From the NCBI GenBank assembly GCA_043228905.1, contig JBHGNT010000009.1:21700001-21764000 (forward strand): a DNA stretch of 64,000 nt, written 5' to 3'. The translations under genes were made by a program, and so were the position numbers. How positions within the stretch are numbered: the stretch's first letter is position 1; each line of letters begins with the position of its first letter. Under the pieces are notes generated by a model, which saw only the letters and a program-made list of their open reading frames with translations, did not search any database and was not told the DNA's origin. This DNA is from Azolla caroliniana (taxonomy: Eukaryota; Plantae; Polypodiophyta). Positions 39,886 through 49,900 of the stretch are shown here, one piece after another.

Positions 39886-40500
39886 GTTTTCAGCCACGTG
39901 CCCTAGTCGATGTCACGATTCATCGTGATACATTAGATAGTACACGCAATTTTTTGCAAGACATGAACCAAATGTTGCACATTGCCAAAGAAAATGTCAA
40001 AATAGCTCAAGATCATGCTCGATTTTATGCTGATGAGGAGAGATGTCCTCGTGCATTTACTATTGGTCAAAAAGTTTTTTTGTGTGTCCCTACTGACTCT
40101 ATGTCATTGTCTATAGGCAAGTGCGCTAAGTTTTCCCCACAATATTGTGGCCCATTTGAAATCCTTAAATGATTTGGGTCATCTGCTTATCACCTTGCCT
40201 TGCCCCGTAATGTTGGTATTCATCTTGTTTTTCACGTCAGTAGTCTAAAACTTTTTTTAGGCTCTGTGATAACACTATCACAATCCAAGATCTTGTAACA
40301 TTAGAGTATTTTTCTTACAAACATTATGTTCCTGAACAAATTTTTGATTCTCATACTAAACGTTTATATTCTAAAGAGATTCAGCTATTCAAGATCAAAA
40401 GGATTGATAAACCTATTGATGATGCCACATGGGAACGTAAGCATACTCTTAAGGCACAATTTCCTCTCTTTATATTGCAAGAGTGCAATCTTTTAGAGTA
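39886..40500 (+). pseudogene. Integrase C-terminus (GPF motif) and chromodomain of gypsy N
   Basis: KFSPQYCGPFEILK, then PEQIFDSHTKRLYSKEIQLFKIKRIDKPIDDATWE at about 40331-40435. Confidence 0.85.
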
Positions 40501-41069
40501 GGGGAGTATGTTATGTACACATAACGTTGGTGAGGGTAAGTCACTAATATTTACATTACTGAAGGGTATGTTCACTAATGTTAAAAAGGGGGCTAATGTG
40601 ATTGGATAGAAGAAATGATATTTGCAAACACTATCATGATTTGGGCAACCAATGAATGGAGACCCTTTTAGAAAGGCACATCTATTCAAGGGGCCTAGGA
40701 AAATGTATAAATATGAGGCTTAACTACCTCATAAGGACATTATGTCGGAAGGCTACTGTCTTAGACACCGGTGGTGTAGGCTAGGCTTTCGTCTCGACAA
40801 TCGTGTAATCTCTTCCAACGTCGATGGTAGGTTGGCTATGTCTAGATCATAGCTCGGGGGTGGTCGGGTGGAACGGGTTCTTCTATCCAATCTATTTTTC
40901 TTCTTTTACTTTATTTTGGTATATTGATTCGTAATAGACTCTTAACACCTGGTGGGGATCATGTCGGTTTCTCGCTAGCGCTACCGTTTGTGTTGTGTTT
41001 TGGGTCAACCTCGACTATTTACCCTCTCATAATAGAAGAAGTCGCGTCGACGACTTTACTTGCACTCCT

Positions 41070-42262
41070 TTGCCCATTCGTGTTCCAATTCTTGGTGAGG
41101 GCCACACATGGTTGCTCATGTCCGTTCATGTTCCAGTTCTCGGTGAGGACCACATGGTCGCTCATGTTCGTGTTCCAATTCCCATTGAGGATCCTATGGT
41201 CTCTCACTCTTGTTCATGTTCCAGTTCCCGATGAGAACCACATGGTCGCTCACTCCCGTTCGTGTTCTAGTTCCCGGTGAGGGCCGCATATGGTCACGCA
41301 CGTCCATCATGTTCAAGTTCCTGGTGAGGGCCACACATGGTCACTCACGTTCGTTCATGTTCGAGTTCCCTGTTAGGGCCGAATGGTTGCTCACGACCAT
41401 TCGTGTTCAAGTTCCCGGTGAGGGCAGAATGGTCGCTCACTCCCGTTCGTGTTCGAGTTGCCAATGAGGGCCGCATGGTTGCTCATGCCCGCACATGGTT
41501 GCTCACACTGTCGGTGTTCTAGTCTTCGGTGAGGGCCACACATACTCGCTCACGCCCATCGGTGTTCCAATCTCCGTTGAGGACTGCATGATTGCTCATG
41601 TCCGTCGGTGTTCTAGCCTTTTGTGAGGACCACACATGGTCGCTCATGCCCATTCTTGTTCCAATTCTAGGTGAGGACCGGATGGTCGCTCACTCCCGTT
41701 CGTGTTCTAGTTCTCGGTGAGGACCGCTTGGTCGCTCACTCCCGTTCGTGTTCCAGTTCCTGTTGAGGACCACATGGTCGCTCATGTCCGTCGGTGTTCC
41801 AGTCTTCAGTGAGGACCACACATGGTCACTCACTCTCGTCGGTGTTCTAGTCTTTGCTGAGTATCGCACATGGTCGCTCACGCCCATCGGTGTTCGCGTC
41901 TCTGGTGAGGACCGCACATGGTGGCTGATGCCCGTCATTGTTCATGTCTCCGGTGAGGACCCCACATGGTCGCTCACCCCCGTCAGTGTTCGTGTCTCCG
42001 GTGAGGACCGCACATGGTGGCTGACGCTCGTCATTGTTCATGTCTCCGGTGAGGACCCCACATGGTCGCTCACCCCTGTCGATGTTTGTGTCTCTAGTGA
42101 GGACCGCACATGGTCGCTCACGCCTGTCGGTGTCCAAGTTCTCGGTGAGGATTGCACATGGTCGCTCACGCCCGTTGGTGTCCATGTTCTCGGTGAGGAC
42201 CTCACATGGTCGCTCACATTCACTTGTGTTCCATTCTCCGGTGAGGAGTGTTCATGGTCGGC
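41070..42262. repeat. Tandem array of about two dozen 42-48 bp units, each with an internal hairpin
   Basis: Consensus ggtgaggaccgcacatggtcgctcacgcccgtcggtgttccagttctc. Related degenerate units at 3351-3561, on the other side of gypsy N. Confidence 0.92.
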
Positions 42263-42340
42263 CACTCCTCAACGTACTCCAGTTTTCTCTTTCCACTTGC
42301 CCCTACACAATGCTTCCGAAAATGCAATCGTAAAGGATAA

Positions 42341-42770
42341 TGTCATGGACATGACAATAATCATGTCAAGATTTGAATTCTTGACCTCTTGTATAATAGT
42401 AAAATGTTATGTTCTAACCAATACATCCAAATACATGGTCATATTATGTATTCATAGATTATCTATTTGAAGTGCTAGGAGTTTTTCGGAAGTTCTTGAA
42501 CTAGAAGGTGCTAGAAGGTGCTAGAGGGTTCTAGAATATTCTCCAGAGTATTCTAATGCATGTACTTTGACTAACAATATAAATACTTGTAACCTCCTTT
42601 GTCCCTTTCAAGGGATTCAACACCAGTCTTTGACACATCAATCTAGTATTTTTGTTTTGCCCCATCTTGTCTCCTTGATCTTCATCTTTGTCTTCATGCT
42701 CTTATGTTGTTCCTAGTGTCTTAAGCTCCATGCTCTGTCCTAGTTCGTGCTTGGTGTGTCTGTGATAGTT
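42341..42770. mobile_element. Second copy of the 2497-2888 LTR-like repeat, with its 3' part inverted
   Basis: 42341-42620 matches 2497-2744 directly; 42631-42770 matches 2744-2888 as reverse complement. Confidence 0.85.
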
Positions 42771-42772
42771 CA

Positions 42773-43800
42773 GTTTGATTCTCAATAGTATATAACCCAT
42801 TAGGCTAAGAATTCGACACCAACAACTTTTTGCGGCAACACATTCCCAAAATACATGATGCAATTTCTCAGCCACAAACCCACACATAACACATGACCGA
42901 TTACTCACCGATCCCCTTAGTAAATCACCTACTGGAAATGCATAATGAATCAACCACCGAAAATGCAATATCTTATTCATGCATTTAATTGACCAAAACA
43001 GTTTCCAAAATATCACCATATGAGAGGATGAGACATTACCTTCCTCCCAATACTTTTTTCCAACAGGTATCGACTCGGTCTGCTTCAACATAAAATTTCT
43101 CCCAAACGTCACCGAATATGTGAAGAAAGGGAGGACCTTATTTGAAGAGTCAGACATGGACAATTTCCAACCATAATCCGATGGATCCCACTACAGATCG
43201 TCAATTGGCCTAGAGTGTAACACCGAAATATGAGATGAGTAGTTAGCAATTAGTGGACTAGGATCAATATATATATATTTATCTAATCTAGCAGTTACTT
43301 GCACTGGCAACTGCTTCGGAGTGGACATGATTGGAGACTCCTCATCCACTAGTATCAACCTACCATTGCCCATAACTTTTGTGGAATGTTGGATCAACAA
43401 TTGGCTTTTTATCATTGTCATCATTCTTCCTTGTCTTACATGTAAGAAGCTTTCAGGTATATTCTACTTCAAGTTCCTTGCGGAGTTATGTTTGGCAGAT
43501 TGTCTCCTTGTTGGCTTTATGGGTTCTTTGGAAAGCTAGGTGTTTCAAGTTATACAATGATGAAAACAATCATGTTGTGGATCAGGTAAAGTCTTTTTGG
43601 AACTTCTTGGTACATATGATTAAAGGTGATTATGACAGTTATAAGGGTTCTAGAAACACAACTATTCGGGAAAGAAGGAGAATTCGCTCAGTTTGGTCAT
43701 TTATTCCTATAAGGTTAGATGCAGGATCTGAGGTCAGGTGGAACTACGTACCACCTCGTTGATTGTTCCCGCCACTGGCACCATTCTTACTGCAAACAAC
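42773..43800. mobile_element. L1-type LINE ORF2 C-terminal remnant in two opposite-orientation pieces
   Basis: Minus strand: FWKLFWS...CVMCGFVAEKLHHVFWEC (zf-RVT-like). Plus strand 43379-43762: WQIVSLLALWVLWKARC, the motif that follows it in plant L1 ORF2. Confidence 0.8.
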
Positions 43801-43849
43801 ATGAGTTAACATAGAGGAGGCAGTTGTGGCATGTAGGAAGGCTCTTTTA

Positions 43850-44700
43850 ATGTAGAAGGTGTTGATGATAATCGGAGATAGCTAGATGGTGGATTTGGAC
43901 ATGAGGATGAGGGATGATGGTGTGGGGGTTGAAGTAGAATATTATGAGAAGGTGAGGAAATTTTTTACTCAATTTTTGGCTGTCACTACAAGATTTTAGC
44001 GGTAATCGATGGAAATCCTGAGATAATTGGAGATGGCGTTTTCTGTGGATAGGAGGAAACTGGTTTTCTGTTTTTGTGATCAGGATGAGTGATGTTGGTG
44101 TGGGGGCTGAAGCAGATTATTATGAGAAGGTGAGGAAATTTTTTACACTCATTTATTGGCTGTCAGTACAGGATTTTCGTGTTAATCGGCGAGATGGCAA
44201 GAGGGTCAGCGAGATGCTTCAGATGTGGGTTGAGTTAAGAAGATGTTATGGTTCTCATAGGTTGAGGGATGATGGCGATGGGGTTTGAAGCATATTTGTC
44301 ATGACGAGAGGATGAGTGGTGATGGTGTGAGGGCTGAACCAGATCATGAGGGGATGAGGAAACCTTTTTCACTTATTTTGTTGCTACTTGCACAAGACCT
44401 TGGTGGTAATCGGCGAGATGGTTGATGTGGATTTGAATGAAGCAATTTGTCTGTTTTTATGAGTGATGATGGTGGGGGGGGAGCGAAGTAGATCATGACG
44501 GGATGAGAAACACACTAGACTCATTTTGTTGATATTTTGTACAGGACCTTGGTGGTAAGCGGCGGCGAGATGGTTGATGCGGACCGAATGAACCATAATT
44601 TTGTTTTGTGAGAAGGTTGAGTGAAGATGGTATGGGGATCAAAGCAGATTTGTTTGAGCTGAAGAGGACATAGATCATCTTGTTTTATAGAGAGATTCAT
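43850..44700. repeat. Degenerate purine-rich tandem repeat, units of roughly 150-230 bp
   Basis: Recurring gatgagtgatg(a/t)tggtgtgggggctgaagcaga...tgaggaaattttttac...caagat...gtaatcggcgagatgg near 43903, 44083, 44311 and 44460. Confidence 0.6.
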
Positions 44701-46963
44701 TACAAGTACATTTTCAATATTCGTGGAGATGGAGGACATGGTCGTTTCGATATGGGACAGGATTGATGGGGGCTATCCAAGGCGGTCCATCACATTTTAC
44801 CCCAAGCGGCATGTGCATCATGGACTGTTTTCATGTCTTCAATTGCAGCAATTGAAGAAGATCTCGACGTACAAAACATTTGCCAAATAGCAACAACTAG
44901 TGGACAGTCACGCGATGGTGAACAACTTTAGTATATGCGGAACCAAATGCAAAGATGGAGTTTTTAGACTACCAACCATGGTGGACAACTAGGGTATGTT
45001 GAGTATGATTACCACCAAGATATGTATTATCTTGGACCACAGGAATTTGTTTATATGTTGAGTTTGGTTATAGTGAAGAGCTTTAGTATATGTGGAACCA
45101 CATTTAGCCAATTTTGGCTGCAACATGAAGTTTTTTAGAGGCCCTAACAAGGGGCAATTTAAGATGTGTTTCAGACGCTTCATACTACAGATATGGTCTT
45201 GGAATGTAATGGTGATAGAGTTATAGAACATGGTTATTTCGATGTATCATTAAATGTTTTCAGATGTTGGAGATTGATAGTATGGTCCTTAATTTCTATC
45301 CCCTTTTTGGGTGGTATCAAAGGTGTTGTTGGCAAAGGCTGAGAGTTTGTTTCATGGATTATATTTAGGCTTATCTTGTCAAATGCCATCGCTTCATAGT
45401 TGGTCCTTTTTTTGATGATAGATACTTGTGGAGTGGAAACTATTATGTACAATTTGTATTTTGCCTTTGGCATTGTTAATTTTAATACCAAAGGAGAACA
45501 TTTTTTGTGGAAAAAGAAGAAGTATATAACCCATTTGTAAATAGTTCTTAAGTTGCTTAAATACTTCATCCTCTTTGGATCGACTTAAACGATACAGAGG
45601 TATACTTATTGATGCAACACCAAGTATAATATCTACACGATGGTCTATATTACGTTTAGGAGGTAACACATAAAGTGGTAGTTCACTCGTAAAAATATAA
45701 CGAAAATCATTTAAGATTTCATCGAGTTATTGTTCAAAACATGATAAATGATTCGAGACACTATTGATATTATAAATGCAAAGGTTCGGAGCAAGTACAC
45801 AATAAAATAAAGAAGAATAATACAACTCGAATATTGATGAAGAGGAAACAATCGAAAGAGATTGTTTTTTTACACATTGAATAAAATGAGTACAATTGTT
45901 CAGTACAAAGGTAATGGAATGGTGACCCCAATCAATAGATAAAGAAGAGTTTTTATTATAAAACCAGGGATTACCAATATTACATCAGTGGTAGAAAGAT
46001 TCATTACATGGAACTCTACTTCCTCTATATAAGTATCAACCGAAATTCCTAATGAATGAATCGCCTCATTGATGTATTGTACCTACTATTCCATCAGCCA
46101 AGTATCACTTACGATGGGTTGGATTCCCCATATCTAAACCAAATGATCATTCACAAAGTTGTGTGAGCTTCCCGAATCAAATACAAATTGTATAGGAGAT
46201 CCATTAATATACCCATTTGCATGTAGTAAAGCATTGGGTCCCAATACATAGTGAGGGAAAGAACATTTACAACCACTTAAATAATGTGTATAGATCTTAA
46301 GGACATGAAGAGTCTGACCTTTATTGTTTGCAACTTTTGTTTTGTTGTTGTGCCCTTTCCGTCGGAGCTTTTGACATTGCTCTTTTGTATGACTCTTCTT
46401 TTTACAGACTACACAAAAACGATTTTGTCGCTTATAATCATGATCCATGAATTCGTTGGATGTCTTGTGTTTCCTAGCAAATTGTGTCTCCTTCGTTGGT
46501 CCTTCTTCGAAGTGCGTTGATAACGAAGAGCTATTTAAACTTTCCCTTCAAAGGATTTGGGATTATTATCATGCACTATCCAGTGATAGTCCGAATTGGG
46601 GATGCCATTGACAAAACAAGCTATCAACCAATTATCGCCTTCTAGACTAGATTTCTGGATGTGGTTTCTAGCATGGTGAACATAGTTTTCTAGCGAGGAG
46701 AAGTTCCGACTAGAGAGGTTCATTAAAGCTTGTGCTGCCTTAGTTCAAGATGGAGGTTGCAGAAATTGAACATTGAAAACTTTGACAAAGTATGTCCAGG
46801 TATCTGGCAATTTCCCCAAAGTGCGGAGTCCACACCACTAGGTGGCGACCTTAGCCCCTAGTTTTCTACCAACGTATGCAATCTTCGTACTATCTGACTT
46901 GGGATAGAGTTCAAAATGAGACTCCCATTGGCCCAGCCACGTGAAGATTGCTTCTTTGGTTCT

Positions 46964-49900
46964 TGTTGGAAGCAATGTCGTCAGTGCGGAAGATCTTGAA
47001 GCACTCGATTCCTGTTTATTCCCTGTGTATGACAGAATGTAGGTCGTTGCACAGAGAGAGAGAGAGAGAGACACAAAAGACTCTTTATTTCACAAAGCAA
47101 TCATACAACAACCAACCTCACAAAGAGGTTACAAGGTCACTATATATAGTGACCGACTTAGGGCAACTACCCTTTATGCTAATTACATAAATGGCCGAAA
47201 CGGGATGGTGTGAATACGTCCATTATACACATGTATTCGACACTCCCCCGTAATGGGCGTATACATGGGTTATCTAAGATTACAGGTATAGACTTAGGTT
47301 CTCGGACATATCAGCTTTGTTCGAGTCGGCAGGATCCGAAGACAGAAGACCGAACTGGTCGGGTCGGAACAGTTGAAGCCGATCATTAAGGAGCTGATGT
47401 CAGTTTTCGGGAACCATCCTGCTCTGTGTCCGGCTCTAACCGGACTGGTTTGTCGTTACGCCCATCTGATGCCGAAGAGACCGAAAACGGTCTGCCGAGA
47501 GACATTTGGTCATTCCATCTGCGACATTATCGGTTGTGGATATTTTCTCTAGACCGATTTTCCCTGAAATGACGCAGTCCCGAACGAAGTGATATCGAAC
47601 GTCGATATGTTTGGAGGCGTTGTGGTGAACCGGATTTTTCGACAAGGCAACAGCACCTTGACTGTCGCTGTAGACAACTGGAGCCGAGTCATGTTCGACT
47701 TGTCGAAACGTGTGCGCCAGCCAACCGAGCCACAAAGCTTCTTTTGCTGCGTCGGACGCAGCTACATATTCTGCTTCGGTCGTTGAGGTCGCTGTGCACT
47801 CCTGAAGTTTCCACTTCCACGAGATTGCTCCATTGCCGAATTTGAAGCAGTATCCGGTTGTTGATTTCCGACTGTCTATACAGCCAGCGAAGTCCGAGTC
47901 GGTGTAACCGACTACGCCTGAGGTTCGGTTCGGTCCGAAAAGAATGCCATGGTCTTTTGTGCCAGCCAGATATCTGAACACATGCTTGACTGCGTTCCAA
48001 TGCGATCGGCCAGGATTGTGCATAAATCTGCTAACGACTCCTACGGCATGAGAGATGTCAGGCCGTGTCGCGACCATCAGGTACATAAGGGAGCCGACTG
48101 CCGGTGCATACGGTACCGACTTCATATCTTCCCCCTCCGAACCGGATGTCGGGCAGTCTCGCTGAGAGAGCCGAAGATTCATAGGGAGTGGGGTTGAAGC
48201 AGATTTGGCTGATTGCATGTTGAAGCGTTCCAAGACACGTCCGATATAGTCGGTCTGAGACAAAAAAAGATGTCGTTTATTGCGATGCCGACTAATCTTC
48301 ATGCCAAGGATGTGTCGTGCCGGACCGAGGTCCTTCATGGCAAACTTCAACCGCAGTTGCCGAACAAGATCGGCAAGTTCGCCCGCGTGGCGTCCAGAAA
48401 TTAGCATGTCGTCCACGTAAATGATGAGGAAGATGGGTGATCCATCTCGAGCTGTGTTGGTGAAGAGACAATGGTCCTCATCGCTTTTGGAGAAGCCGAT
48501 TGATTGGATGAAGTCGTCGAACTTCTTGTACCATTGTCGCGGTGCCTGTTTGAGGCCGTATAGACTCTTCCTGAGTCGGCAGACTAGATGTTCTTGGCCA
48601 GTTGCCACGAAGCCTTTTGGCTGCTCCATATAAATTTCCTCCTCGAGATCACCATGGAGGAAGGCTGTTTTGACATCTAGCTGAATCAGCTCCAAGTTGT
48701 CGGCTGCCACGACGCCGAGCAGAAGACGAAGGGTTGTCATTTTCACCACTGGTGAAAAAATCTCGTCGAAGTCGACGCCATATTCTTGTCGGAAGCCCTT
48801 CGCAACTAATCTGGCCTTGTACTTTGGGGTGGTCGAATCAGACGTCTCTTTTAGTCGATAAACCCACTTGCAAGGAAGAGCACGTCGGTTCCTAGGTAAT
48901 TCGACCAGATCCCAAGTCTTGTTTGCCCGGATGGAGTGCATTTCCGACTCCATCGCCAGATGCCAGGTGGCCGAATCGACAGATGTCGATGCTTCTTCGT
49001 AAGACGTCGGTTCGCCGGCGTCGGTGAAGAAAATTCCAGGAGAATACCTCTCCGGAGGTTGCGACAGTCTCTCGGATCGTCGAGGTATGATTGGACTGGT
49101 CGCATCGGGTATCGAGGTCGGATGGTCCGAAACCGAATCATTCGGCTGTGCCGAGTCAGAGTTGTCCGAGTCGGTAGTATAAGTTTCAGCTACCCGTGAA
49201 GCTGACCGTGTGTTGAGAGCGGGGCCTTCTTGAAGGGTCAGCACATCGGAGAATGTTACCCTTCGGACTTCGATCGGTTTTTCGACTGATGGATTCATAG
49301 CCGACTCGTTGAACACAACGTCCGAACTTCGAACGATTTGTCTGCATTCGGGGTCCCAGAGTCGGTATCCCATTTCGCCGTCTGATCCATATCCAAGGAA
49401 AATGCATTTCCTGGACCGAGGTGCAAGTTTTCGGCGATCATCTTTCGGAATGAGGGCGTACGCCTCGCATCCGAAGATCCTCAGCTTGTCGTAATTCGGC
49501 TTACTGCCGATCCATAGTTCCTGAGGAATTTGAAGTCCTAGAGGTCGACTTGGCGACATATTGATTATGTGTACTGCCGTGAGTAGAGCCTCTGCCCAGA
49601 AGCCATCCGACAGTCCGGAGTGTTGGAGCATGGAAACTATCCTTTCTTGGATTGTCCGATTCATTCGTTCGGCAATCCCGTTTTGCTCCGGACTGTGTGG
49701 TGCCGTAAATTCACGTCGGATGCCGCGTTGTCGGCAGAATTTGACGAATTCATCGGATTTGAACTCTCCCCCATTGTCTGTCCGAAGGCATTTCAGCTTT
49801 CGGTCGGTTTGATTTTCTACCATAGCGAGCCAATCGGTGAAGATCGAGAAGACACGATCTTTGGTGCGAATTGGATAAGCCCACACCTTTCGAGTCGAAT

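Larger units (their letters stand above)
3562..40947 (+). mobile_element. Decayed chromovirus-type Ty3/gypsy element N, host to many nested insertions
   Basis: Paired LTRs 3562-4038 and 40509-40947. PBS tggtataagagc (Met-i, one mismatch) at 4040. PPT agtaggggagta. TSD ccttg/cctgg. Gag-PR-RT-RH-INT-chromodomain order is recovered after removing insertions. Confidence 0.92.

Noticed and set aside
41070-42262. CRISPR-like array
   Set aside because: The linkers are homologous to each other rather than unique spacers, there are no cas genes, and the context is eukaryotic.
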